Of a DNA stretch of 64,000 nucleotides, positions 15,976 through 24,628 are shown piece after piece (the first letter of the stretch is position 1; each line of letters opens with the position of its first letter). The notes below the pieces were generated by a model. The model worked only from the letters and a program-made list of their open reading frames with translations, was not told the DNA's origin and made no database searches. The DNA comes from Burkholderiales bacterium. GTDB lineage: Bacteria; Pseudomonadota; Gammaproteobacteria; Burkholderiales; Eutrophovitaceae. Location of the stretch: positions 4,009 through 68,008 of the forward strand of contig DATMAN010000038.1 in assembly GCA_035560005.1 (NCBI GenBank), given 5' to 3'. A program made the position numbers and the translations under genes.

Positions 15976-17387
15976 AAATGCTTTCGCATTCCCCGGTCTC
16001 TCCAGCCTCCTGGAGCCTTCCCGGCGTTGACTACGCGCTCGCGGTCCCGCGCGACGCCCGCGCGCGGCTGGCCTTCGCCTGGCTGATGCTCGGTGTCGTC
16101 TCGCTGATCGCTGCGGGACTCTTCTCGGTGCTGCTGGTCGCTTCGCGCACGCCGTTGGTCCAGGGTTTCTTCCCGCTGGTCGATTTCTTTCACGTAGCGC
16201 TCGTGGTGCACGTCGACCTCTCGGTGCTGGTGTGGTTCAGCGCGTTTGCGGGCGTGTTCTGGAGTCTCAATTGCACCGTCGCCTGGCTGCCCGGTGGATG
16301 GACGGCGCTCGTGGTGTGCAGCGCGGGCGCGCTGGCGATGGCGGCCGCGGCCTTCGTTGGCGCGCCGCAGCCGATCATGAGCAACTACGTGCCGGTGCTG
16401 GACGGCGCGCTCTTCCTGGGAGGGCTCGCGGCCTTCGCCGTCGGCGCGGGTCTGCTCGTGCTGCGCGCAATGCGCGCGGTGCCGCGCGTGGGAACGGTGC
16501 TGGACGGGCAGGGCGCCTTGCGCTTTGCGCTCAACGCGGCGGCGGTGTCCGCCGCGATCGCACTCGGCGCGTTCTTCTGGTCCTGGCTGGAAGTGCCGGC
16601 GGCGCTCGAGGGCAAGGCCTACTACGAGCTGCTGTTCTGGGGCGGCGGCCATGTCCTGCAGTTCACGTGGACGCTGCTCATGTTCGCCGCGTGGCTGTGG
16701 CTCGCGTCCGAGTCGGGCTGCCCGCTGCCGCTCACGCCGCGCGTGGCGGTGCTGCTGTTCGGCATCGCGCTCGCCTCGGTGTTCGTCACGCCGATCATCT
16801 ATCTCGCCTGGGACGTCGCCTCGGTCGAGCACCATCGCCTGCTCACCTGGCTGATGCGTTTCGGCGGCGGGCTGACGATACTTCCCATCGGACTGGCGGT
16901 CATCTACGCGCTGTGGCGGGCAAGGGCGGGCACAGCGGGCCAGCAGGCGCTGCGTGCCGTGCTGGCGATGTCGGCCGTCCTGTTCGCCTTTGGCGGGCTG
17001 ATCGGGCTCACCATCGAGGGCTCGAACGTCAAGGTGCCCGCCCACTACCACGGCAGCATCGTCGGCGTCACCCTTGCCTTCATGGGCGTGGCTTACCTGT
17101 TGCTGCCGCGGCTGGGCTATTCGCGCGTGAACGCGCGCGCGGCGCGGGTCCAGGCCCGGCTCTACGGCGTGGGGCAGATGCTGCACATCACCGGCCTGGT
17201 CTGGTCGGGCGGCTACGGCGTGCAGCGCAAGGTAGCCGGCGCCGCGCAGGGGCTGGACGCGTTGGAGAAAGTGGCGGCGATGGGGCTGATGGGTTTCGGC
17301 GGACTGATCGCGGTGATCGGCGGAGTGATGTTCATCGTCATCGTGCTCAAGAGCGTTCTTCGCGGCCGCCAGCAAGCAGTCAACTGA
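15972..17387 (+). CDS. orphan, highly divergent haem-copper-oxidase subunit-I-like membrane protein
   Basis: ORF 15768..17387 trimmed to MKMLSH after a GGAGAAG SD, with an ATGA overlap on the upstream stop. About 12 TM helices. HCO-like His pattern: FFHVALVVH, FWGGGHVLQF (no Tyr), VEHHRL, FGGLIGL...PAHYH. Confidence 0.6.
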   Translation: MKMLSHSPVSPASWSLPGVDYALAVPRDARARLAFAWLMLGVVSLIAAGLFSVLLVASRTPLVQGFFPLVDFFHVALVVHVDLSVLVWFSAFAGVFWSLNCTVAWLPGGWTALVVCSAGALAMAAAAFVGAPQPIMSNYVPVLDGALFLGGLAAFAVGAGLLVLRAMRAVPRVGTVLDGQGALRFALNAAAVSAAIALGAFFWSWLEVPAALEGKAYYELLFWGGGHVLQFTWTLLMFAAWLWLASESGCPLPLTPRVAVLLFGIALASVFVTPIIYLAWDVASVEHHRLLTWLMRFGGGLTILPIGLAVIYALWRARAGTAGQQALRAVLAMSAVLFAFGGLIGLTIEGSNVKVPAHYHGSIVGVTLAFMGVAYLLLPRLGYSRVNARAARVQARLYGVGQMLHITGLVWSGGYGVQRKVAGAAQGLDALEKVAAMGLMGFGGLIAVIGGVMFIVIVLKSVLRGRQQAVN

Positions 17388-17576
17388 CGAGCTCTCACCG
17401 CGGAGGGCGCGGGGGGACACGGAAGAGGGAACCCTGTAAAGCACACCACCAGGGCACAAAGACACAAAGGAGCACGAAGAAAGCACATGAAGTTCTTCTT
17501 TGTGTATCTTCGTGGCTTCGTGCCTTTGTGGTGAATTCCCGATCTGTCCTTCCTCCGCGTCCTCAGCGGTGAGCAG
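17388..17576. repeat. palindromic repeat element, copy 3 (most complete long hairpin)
   Basis: CGAGCTCTCACCGCGGAGGGCGCGGGG...CACAAAGACACAAAGGAGCACGAAGAAAGCAC / TTCTTTGTGTATCTTCGTGGCTTCGTGCCTTTGTGGTG...CCTCCGCGTCCTCAGCGGTGAGCAG. Starts 1 nt after the stop codon. Confidence 0.75.
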
Positions 17577-17603
17577 CCGAGACGTTTTGGGGAGTGCAGG
17601 GGA

Positions 17604-18614
17604 ATGAATGTGGGCGCACTCGAACTGGTATGTCCAGCGGGAAACCTGGCCGCGCTGCAGGCGGCGGTGGACAATGGCGCGGACGCCGTGTACGTCGGCT
17701 TGCGCGACGGCACCAACGCGCGCAACTTCGCCGGTCTCAATTTCTCGCAGACCGAGCTCGAGCGCGCGGTGGCGCACGCGCACGCACGGGGCGCGAAAGT
17801 TTACGTCGCGATCAACACGTACGCCCAGCCCGACGCGGTCGAGCGCTGGTGCCGCGCGGTGGACTGCGCCGCCGACCTGGGCGCCGACGCGATCCTCGCC
17901 GCGGACATGGCGGTGCTCGACTATGCCGCGCGCAGCCGGCCGAGTCTGCACCGCCACCTGTCGGTGCAAGGCTCGGCCACGACCTACGAGGCGATCAATC
18001 TGTTCGTGCGCGAATTCGGCGTGAGCCGCGCGGTGCTGCCGCGGGTGCTGACTTTGGCGCAAGTCGCGCAGGTGGCGGCGAAGGCGCGCGCGGAGATCGA
18101 GGTTTTCGGATTCGGCAGCCTCTGCGTCATGGTCGAAGGGCGCTGCGCGCTCTCCTCCTATGTCACCGGCCAGTCGCCCAACACCGCGGGCGTGTGCTCC
18201 CCGGCCGCGGCGGTGCGCTGGCAGCAGGGTTCGCGGGGGCTGGAGTCGCGATTGAATGGCGTGCTGGTGGATTGCTACGCCGAGCACGAGCGCGCGGCTT
18301 ATCCCACCCTCTGCAAGGGCCGCTACGCGGTCGGCGAGCGCACCCGCTACGCCATCGAGGAACCGGCGAGCCTGAACACGCTGGAGCTGCTGCCCCGGCT
18401 CGCGGCCGCCGGCGTGAAAGCCGTGAAGATCGAAGGTCGCCAGCGCAGTGCCGCTTATGTCGCGGAAGTCACCCGGGTCTGGCGTGCGGCCATCGATGCC
18501 CTAGAGCGCGATCGGCAGCCATGGCGGCCGCGCGCCGACTGGCTCGCGCGCCTGGACGCGCTGGCCGAAGGCAGTCAGCACACCTTCGGCGCCTACGAGC
18601 GCCCCTGGAAATGA
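17604..18614 (+). CDS. ubiU: U32-family protein, O2-independent ubiquinone hydroxylation factor UbiU
   Basis: Peptidase U32 N-terminus [27 protein letters not shown]. Four-Cys region (CVMVEGRC...C...C). Followed by the ubiV and ubiT homologues. Confidence 0.7.
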   Translation: MNVGALELVCPAGNLAALQAAVDNGADAVYVGLRDGTNARNFAGLNFSQTELERAVAHAHARGAKVYVAINTYAQPDAVERWCRAVDCAADLGADAILAADMAVLDYAARSRPSLHRHLSVQGSATTYEAINLFVREFGVSRAVLPRVLTLAQVAQVAAKARAEIEVFGFGSLCVMVEGRCALSSYVTGQSPNTAGVCSPAAAVRWQQGSRGLESRLNGVLVDCYAEHERAAYPTLCKGRYAVGERTRYAIEEPASLNTLELLPRLAAAGVKAVKIEGRQRSAAYVAEVTRVWRAAIDALERDRQPWRPRADWLARLDALAEGSQHTFGAYERPWK

Positions 18615-18621
18615 GGTCAGC

Positions 18622-19515
18622 ATGAAGCTTGCGCTCGGACCGCTGCTCTACTACTGGCCGAAACAGCGCGTGCTGGAGTTCTACCGCGAGGTGGCAACTT
18701 CGCCCTGCGACATCGTCTATCTGGGCGAGGTTGTCTGCGCACGGCGGCACGAACTGCGGCTGCACGACTGGCTGGACATCGCGCACCGTCTCGCCGCTGC
18801 GGGCAAGGAGGTCGTGCTCAGCACCCAGGCGCTGCTGGAATCGGAATCGGACGTGAGATGGCAGCGCCGTATCGTCGCCAACGGCCGCTTCGCCGTCGAA
18901 GCCAACGACCTGTCCGCGGTCGCGCTGGCCACGCTGGCCGGCGTGCGCTTCGTGGCCGGACCGCACATCAACAGCTACAACGCCAGGACCCTCGAAATTC
19001 TGGCGCGCATGGGCGCCACGCGCTGGGTGATGCCGGTGGAGCTTTCCCGGGCGGCGCTGGAGCGCCTGCAGCGCGACCGCCCGCGCACACTGGAAACCGA
19101 GGTTTTCGTCCTGGGACGCCTGCCGCTGGCATTCTCCGCGCGCTGCTTCACCGCGCGCCACTACGAGCGCCGGCGCGATGATTGCGGTTTCGTCTGCCTC
19201 GAGCATCCGGACGGACTGCTGCTTTGCACGCAAGAAGGCAAGGCCTTCTTGCGGCTCAACGGCACGCAGACCCAGTCGGACGCGGTCTACAACCTGGTGC
19301 GCGAGCTGCCCGCGCTGCGCGCGCTGGAGGTGCATTCGGTCCGAGTCAGCCCCCGGGCTCAGCGCTGCGTGGAGTGGCTGCAGATCCTGCGCGACGCGAT
19401 CGATGGCCGGTTGCCCGCGACCGAAGCAGCGGCTCGCATCGAGTCGGCCGAGCCCGGCGGGACCTGCAACGGCTACTGGCACGCCCGCCCCGGCCTGCAG
19501 CGGGTGTGCATGTGA
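18622..19515 (+). CDS. ubiV: U32-family protein UbiV
   Basis: [13 protein letters not shown]... U32-like protein immediately after ubiU. Cys-rich [11 protein letters not shown]...CGFVC. Confidence 0.7.
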   Translation: MKLALGPLLYYWPKQRVLEFYREVATSPCDIVYLGEVVCARRHELRLHDWLDIAHRLAAAGKEVVLSTQALLESESDVRWQRRIVANGRFAVEANDLSAVALATLAGVRFVAGPHINSYNARTLEILARMGATRWVMPVELSRAALERLQRDRPRTLETEVFVLGRLPLAFSARCFTARHYERRRDDCGFVCLEHPDGLLLCTQEGKAFLRLNGTQTQSDAVYNLVRELPALRALEVHSVRVSPRAQRCVEWLQILRDAIDGRLPATEAAARIESAEPGGTCNGYWHARPGLQRVCM

Positions 19516-19964
19516 GCCCCCGGCGTCTGCCGGCGCTTCCCGCGCCCCTCGCGGCCCTTGCCGGCTTGCCGGGTGCGCTCGCGCTCGGCGTCGCGGTCAA
19601 CCTGGCGGCGGGCGCGCGCCTGCCCGAAGCCCTGGCACCGCTCATCGGCAAGACCGTCGCGTTGCGCGTGACCGATCTCGGGCTGGATCTGTGCGTTGCG
19701 ATCGGCGACCGCGGTTTTCGCGCGCGTCTCCGGCCGACCGCGCCGGACGCCACCATCTCGGCCTGTGCCGCCGACTTCGCCGCGCTCGCGCGGCGCAAGG
19801 TCGACCCGGATTCGCTGTTCTTTTCGCGCAGACTGGTCATCGAGGGCGACACCGAACTGGGTCTGGCCGTGAAGAACGCGCTCGACGCGCTGCCCCTTCC
19901 CCGGCTGCCCGACTTCGCTCCAGCCAGAGTGCTGGGTGCGTTGCGCGCCGGCCTGTTCGGCTGA
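19512..19964 (+). CDS. ubiT: SCP2-domain lipid-binding protein UbiT
   Basis: GTG start overlapping the ubiV stop (GTGA). The C-terminal [24 protein letters not shown] is an SCP2 signature. Confidence 0.65.
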   Translation: MSPRRLPALPAPLAALAGLPGALALGVAVNLAAGARLPEALAPLIGKTVALRVTDLGLDLCVAIGDRGFRARLRPTAPDATISACAADFAALARRKVDPDSLFFSRRLVIEGDTELGLAVKNALDALPLPRLPDFAPARVLGALRAGLFG

Positions 19965-20052
19965 GCACGGCCGCTTCACGCTCGCGATCCGGCCAGGGCG
20001 AGCCGGGCGCTCGTTGCCCGATCCCAGGCCCGAACAACCCGCAAGCTGACTA

Positions 20053-20066
20053 TTGATTTGCGTCAA
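20053..20066. promoter_or_regulatory. near-consensus FNR/Dnr-type box TTGATTTGCGTCAA
   Basis: One mismatch to TTGAT-N4-ATCAA, embedded in the longer palindrome CTGACT...AGTCAG. Lies 41 nt upstream of the MASE1 gene start. Confidence 0.4.
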
Positions 20067-20106
20067 GTCAGCGTTGCACTCCCCACGGCATAGTCGTGCA
20101 GGCAAG

Positions 20107-21039
20107 ATGGGTGAATCGATCGCACAGCCATCGCAGCTCAAGCTTGCGCAGTATGCCGGGATCCTGGCTTTCGGCACGGTAGCCTACTGGCTGCTGGGGC
20201 AGCTTGGCGTGCATATCGCGCATGTGCACGAGCCGTACGTCGGTCCGCTCGGGTTGGCGGCGGGTGTAGGGTTTGCGCTGCTCATCATCTTCGGTTACCG
20301 GTACTGGCCGGCGATCGCCATTGGGACGCTGGCAGTGGGGCTGCAACACGGTCTGCCCCCGCTCGTGGCGGGCGCGATCGCCGTGGCGAACGTGTTGAAT
20401 ACCCTTCTGGCGGTCTACCTGCTGCGCCGGTACGCCGACTTCGATCGCACCCTCGGGCGATTGCGCGATGCAATGGCTCTCGTCCTGATCTGCGCCTTTC
20501 TGGGCTGCGCGCTCGCCTGCGCCACCGCGGTCGCGGTGCTCTGGTTCGCCGGCATGGTCCCGCAGGACGAACTCGTGGCGGTGTGGCTGAACCGCTGGCT
20601 GGCGAGCGCGGCCGGAGTCTTGGTGGTCGCGCCGTATCTGCTGGCGCTTGCTGCGTCGCAAATATTCGGGCGCGGCTGGCGCTGGTACGCGGAGGCGGCT
20701 GCTCTGATCGTGGTGACCGCGCTGGTCGCCGCCGTGGCGTTTACCCCCCTGGTGTTTGCGGACGGACAGCGCTATCCGCTCGCCTTTGCACCGCTGCCGA
20801 CGGTCATGTGGGCCGCGCTGCGCTTCGCGGTCCCGGGTGCGGCAACCGCGAGTCTTCTCGTAGCGGCCATCAGCCTGGCCGGCACCCTGAGCGGGGCGGG
20901 GCCGTTCGCGCCATTGGCTCGCCAGGAGAGCCTGGCGCTGCTTGCTTCCTACAACGCTTGGGTGGCGATGAGCGGGCTCGTGATGGGCGCCGCGGTGGCC
21001 GAACTCGGCCGCAAGGCAGCGTCGGGGCGCCTCGGGTAG
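20107..21039 (+). CDS. stand-alone MASE1-like integral membrane sensor domain protein
   Basis: ORF trimmed to MGESIAQ. About 8 TM helices with a MASE1-like layout. No output domain before the stop. Confidence 0.5.
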   Translation: MGESIAQPSQLKLAQYAGILAFGTVAYWLLGQLGVHIAHVHEPYVGPLGLAAGVGFALLIIFGYRYWPAIAIGTLAVGLQHGLPPLVAGAIAVANVLNTLLAVYLLRRYADFDRTLGRLRDAMALVLICAFLGCALACATAVAVLWFAGMVPQDELVAVWLNRWLASAAGVLVVAPYLLALAASQIFGRGWRWYAEAAALIVVTALVAAVAFTPLVFADGQRYPLAFAPLPTVMWAALRFAVPGAATASLLVAAISLAGTLSGAGPFAPLARQESLALLASYNAWVAMSGLVMGAAVAELGRKAASGRLG

Positions 21040-21148
21040 CGCCGGGCGCGCGCTCGTGTCTTGATCTGGATTAAGCCGCGCCCTTCTGGCCGTGCTTAGC
21101 ATTTGCATTGTTGCCGCTCAAGCGCAGCCTAGGCGGCGGGGCGGGGGC

Positions 21149-21340
21149 ATGGACGAGACGATCGAATCGATCAAGGCCAGGGTCGTGGCCGGCAGGCGGG
21201 CAGAGACCTTGCAGGCAATCGAGGCCGCGCTGGCGCAGGGTCTCGATTCGATGACGATCATGAGCCGGGCGCTGATCCCGGCCATGTCCATCGTCGGAGA
21301 GAAGTACTCCAGCGGCGAGTTCTTTCTGCCGCAGAGATCG
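21149..21340 (+). pseudogene. remnant of a cobalamin-binding protein (N-terminal B12-binding cap helix bundle only)
   Basis: MDETIESIKARVVAGRRAETLQAIEAALAQGLDSMTIMSRALIPAMSIVGEKYSSGEFFLPQ matches the B12-binding_2 cap. The sequence diverges right after FLPQ and there is no Rossmann DxHxxG part. Confidence 0.45.
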
Positions 21341-21486
21341 CCCCTTGAACAAAGTCCCGCATCCCCCCTTCTCTGCCCGCACGGCGATTGGCTTGGTCGG
21401 GCATGAGCAACGCCATGCGATCGACATTCCGCCATCTTGGCGAAGGACGCTAGCGAACGTGAAGCCCGACAGCCTTGGTTCAGATT

Positions 21487-21673
21487 GAGGAAGTGCTAGA
21501 GGAAGAGCGAAGACATGCAGAAGTGCCGGAAGATCAGTATCAAGTGAACGGCGCTCGGAGAGGCAACCTGAACACGAAAAGCCGCGACATGAAGGGTTGC
21601 ACGCGTGATGTGTTGTCGGTGCCTTCTTGTTCTTCGTCGTGCCTTCGTGTCTTCGTGTTTCGCTCGTTTCTGC
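21487..21673. repeat. palindromic repeat element, copy 4 (left arm degenerate)
   Basis: Right arm GGTGCCTTCTTGTTCTTCGTCGTGCCTTCGTGTCTTCGTGTTTCGCTCG. Left arm GAAGAGCGAAGACATGCAGAAGTGCCGGAAGA only loosely complementary. Confidence 0.5.
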
Positions 21674-21711
21674 TGATGGCTCGTTGCGATCTTGCAGGCG
21701 AGCGACCGGCC

Positions 21712-21921
21712 TCAGCCTGGACGCGAGCCGAAGTGGTTGATGAGATAGAAAGTCGCAAGGGCGAGGGTGAGGATGATCGCGAAGTAGATGAGATCGCGAT
21801 GCTGAAAGCGGGCGCCGCGCGCCTGTTCGATGCGGTTGAGGATCCAGTCCGCCGCGAAGTACAGCGCCACGCCGATGAGCGTGAAGTAGAGCGCTTCCAT
21901 CATTTTGAGCGAGCCGGGCAC
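21712..21921 (-). CDS. small two-TM membrane protein (hypothetical)
   Basis: 69-aa ORF with two hydrophobic helices (ALYFTLIGVALYFAADWIL, LIYFAIILTLALATFYLI). No homology recognised. Confidence 0.35.
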   Translation of the reverse strand: MPGSLKMMEALYFTLIGVALYFAADWILNRIEQARGARFQHRDLIYFAIILTLALATFYLINHFGSRPG

Positions 21922-22209
21922 CCGGCAGAGTATTCGCCCCGGGGCAGGGGTTGAGAGGCGCTTTCGCGAAGCACCGCACCGGGTCGGCGGAAAACCCGGT
22001 CAGGCGTCCCGCATAAGCTCGGCTCGCCCAGTATTTGGGCAACCTGCAGTTCTTGCGATCGCAGTGGGTGCCGACACCAACCCGGCAGCATCGTGACGGT
22101 CAGCAACGGTCAGCGCTGGATGCATACCCGAGCGCGTGAGGGGGGTGTGGCCGAGTCATTCGCGATCTCCTCTGAAGGCGAAAGTTACGCGAGCGGGTAG
22201 GTGCGAGTC

Positions 22210-22223
22210 TTGACCTCCATCAA
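22210..22223. promoter_or_regulatory. near-consensus FNR-type box TTGACCTCCATCAA
   Basis: One mismatch. Upstream of nrdD. Confidence 0.4.
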
Positions 22224-22253
22224 GTCGTTGAGCGCCCGCGTCGGCCGCCAGAT

Positions 22254-22267
22254 TTGATGTAGATCAA
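22254..22267. promoter_or_regulatory. FNR-type box TTGATGTAGATCAA
   Basis: Perfect palindrome about 100 nt upstream of the nrdD start. Confidence 0.6.
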
Positions 22268-22367
22268 GAGAATCGAAGGAAGCGGCGGTCGACCGCGCCC
22301 CGGCGTTGTGTCCCCACAACGGGTTGCGCTAGGTTTTGCGCACGTCCACAAAAGGTAGGAGGTGTGC

Positions 22368-24404
22368 GTGAGCGCAGCGGGCGGCACCCTGGCCTTGCAT
22401 CCGGCGATGCCGACAAGAGTGGTCAAGCGGGACGGCTCGATCGTCGCGTTCGACGAAGGGCGTATCCGCGCCGCGATCCGTCGCGCGGGGCAGGCGACCG
22501 GGGAATTCGGGCCGGAGGAGGCCGCGCGCCTGAGCGCGCTGGTCGTGAAGGTGCTGGCGCATCGATTCGGCGGCCGCGAGGCCGGCATCGAAGCGATCCA
22601 GGACGTGGTCGAGCAGACGCTGATCGCGGCCGATCACTTCAAGACCGCGAGAGCCTACATCGTCTATCGCGAGCAGCATCGCAAGCTGCGCGAGGACCGC
22701 AGGACGCTGGTGGACGTGGCGTCCTCGGTCAACGAGTACCTCGAACGCCGCGACTGGCGCATCAACGCCAACGCCAACCAGGGCTACTCGCTGGGCGGCC
22801 TGATCCTGAACGTTTCCGGCAAGGTGGTGGCCAACTACTGGCTCAATCACGTCTATCCCCCCGAGGTCGGCGAGGCGCACCGCGAAGGCGACATCCACAT
22901 CCACGATCTGGACATGCTCGCCGGTTACTGTGCCGGATGGTCGCTGCGCACGCTGCTCGCCGAAGGGCTCAACGGCGTGCCGGGCAAGGTCGAGGCTTCG
23001 CCGCCCAGACACATGTCGAGTGCCGTCGGCCAGATCGTGAACTTTCTCGGCACGCTGCAGAACGAATGGGCCGGCGCGCAGGCGTTCAGTTCCTTCGATA
23101 CCTATATGGCGCCCTTCGTGCGCAAGGACGGCCTGCGCTACCACGAGGTCAAGCAGTGCATCCAGGAGCTGATCTACAACCTGAACGTGCCTTCGCGCTG
23201 GGGCACGCAGACCCCGTTCACCAATCTGACTTTCGACTGGACCTGCCCCGAGGATCTGCGCGAACAGGTACCGGTGATCGGCGGCCAGGAGATGCCGTTC
23301 GCCTACGGTGAGCTGCAGGCCGAGATGGATCTCATCAATCGCGCCTATATCGAAGTCATGATGACGGGCGACGTGAAAGGACGGGTCTTCACCTTTCCGA
23401 TCCCCACCTACAACATGACCCGCGACTTCCCGTGGGATCACCCCAACGCGGATCTTCTGTTCGAGATGACGGCCAAGTACGGGTTGCCGTACTTTCAGAA
23501 CTTCATCAACTCGGACCTGCGGCCCAACATGATCCGCTCGATGTGCTGCCGGCTGCAGCTCGACCTGAGGGAGCTGTTGAAGCGGGGCAACGGGCTATTC
23601 GGTTCCGCCGAGCAGACGGGCTCGCTGGGCGTGGTGACCATCAACTGCGCGCGGCTGGGCTACCTGCATGCCGGCGACGAAGCGGCGCTGCTCGCGCGGG
23701 CGGACGAGCTGCTCGATCTGGCCAGGACCAGCCTGGAAATCAAACGCAAGGTGATCCAGCGCCACATGGACGACGGGTTGTTCCCCTACACAAAGCGCTA
23801 TCTCGGCACGCTTCGCAATCACTTCTCGACCGTGGGCGTGAACGGCATCAACGAGATGATCCGGAACTTCACCCGGGACGGGTATGACATCACCGATCCG
23901 CGCGGCCACGCACTCGCCTGCCGCCTGCTCGATCACATCCGCACCCGGCTGCTCGAGTTTCAGGAACAAACCGGACACATGTACAACCTCGAGGCCACGC
24001 CGGCCGAGGGCACGACCTACCGCTTCGCCAAGGAAGACCGCAAGCGCTGGCCGGAAATCCTGCAGGCCGGCACGTCCGACGCGCCCTACTACACCAACTC
24101 CTCGCAACTGCCGGTGGGGTTCACCGACGATCCGTTCGAGGCGCTGGAGCGCCAGGAAGAACTGCAGCGCAAGTACACCGGGGGCACGGTGCTGCACCTG
24201 TACATGACCGAGAAGATCAGCTCGGCGCAGGCCTGCAAGCGGCTGGTGAAAAGGGTGCTGGAGCACTTCAGCCTTCCCTACATCACCGTGACACCGACGT
24301 TCTCCATCTGCCCGAAGCACGGCTACCTCGCCGGCGAACACGAGTTCTGCCCGAAGTGCGACGAGATCCTGCTGGCCCGCAAGCGCGCCTCGCTCGCTGC
24401 TTGA
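22368..24404 (+). CDS. nrdD: anaerobic ribonucleoside-triphosphate reductase, large N-terminal part (ends before the glycyl-radical domain)
   Basis: AGGAGG SD 5 nt before GTG 22368 (alternative ATG 22407). ATP-cone VVKRDGSIVAFDEGRIRAAI. Class III core motifs. Zn-ribbon ICPKHGYLAGEHEFCPKC, then a stop 13 codons later with no RVxGY motif. Confidence 0.8.
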   Translation: MSAAGGTLALHPAMPTRVVKRDGSIVAFDEGRIRAAIRRAGQATGEFGPEEAARLSALVVKVLAHRFGGREAGIEAIQDVVEQTLIAADHFKTARAYIVYREQHRKLREDRRTLVDVASSVNEYLERRDWRINANANQGYSLGGLILNVSGKVVANYWLNHVYPPEVGEAHREGDIHIHDLDMLAGYCAGWSLRTLLAEGLNGVPGKVEASPPRHMSSAVGQIVNFLGTLQNEWAGAQAFSSFDTYMAPFVRKDGLRYHEVKQCIQELIYNLNVPSRWGTQTPFTNLTFDWTCPEDLREQVPVIGGQEMPFAYGELQAEMDLINRAYIEVMMTGDVKGRVFTFPIPTYNMTRDFPWDHPNADLLFEMTAKYGLPYFQNFINSDLRPNMIRSMCCRLQLDLRELLKRGNGLFGSAEQTGSLGVVTINCARLGYLHAGDEAALLARADELLDLARTSLEIKRKVIQRHMDDGLFPYTKRYLGTLRNHFSTVGVNGINEMIRNFTRDGYDITDPRGHALACRLLDHIRTRLLEFQEQTGHMYNLEATPAEGTTYRFAKEDRKRWPEILQAGTSDAPYYTNSSQLPVGFTDDPFEALERQEELQRKYTGGTVLHLYMTEKISSAQACKRLVKRVLEHFSLPYITVTPTFSICPKHGYLAGEHEFCPKCDEILLARKRASLAA

Positions 24405-24410
24405 CAGGTA

Positions 24411-24617
24411 CGAAAGCGCTCATCGCGGAGGACGCAGAGGACGCAAAGGAAGAACGAAATCGAGAATGATTTCAGGGTTCAGCCGAACGTGATGATTGGT
24501 TCTGCCGGAATGCATCCGCTCGGGATCTGCCGCACCGCACGGCGCGACGCAGCCATCTCATATCTCTTTCGCGTTGCTTTACTCCGCGTCCTCTGCGACC
24601 TCCGCGGTGGAAGCTCG
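24411..24617. repeat. palindromic repeat element, copy 5
   Basis: CGAAAGCGCTCATCGCGGAGGACGCAGAGGACGCAAAGGAAGAACGAAATCGAG ... CTTTACTCCGCGTCCTCTGCGACCTCCGCGGTGGAAGC. Starts 7 nt after the nrdD-N stop. Confidence 0.75.
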
Positions 24618-24628
24618 AAGGAGAAGAC

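Noticed and set aside
21922-22361. The 440-bp leader upstream of nrdD, examined for a cobalamin riboswitch, NrdR boxes, or 6S, SRP or RNase P RNA.
   Set aside because: I could not recognise a B12 box, GCCACTG core, NrdR palindrome or other conserved RNA motif by eye. Only the two FNR-type boxes are supported. A covariance-model scan would be needed.
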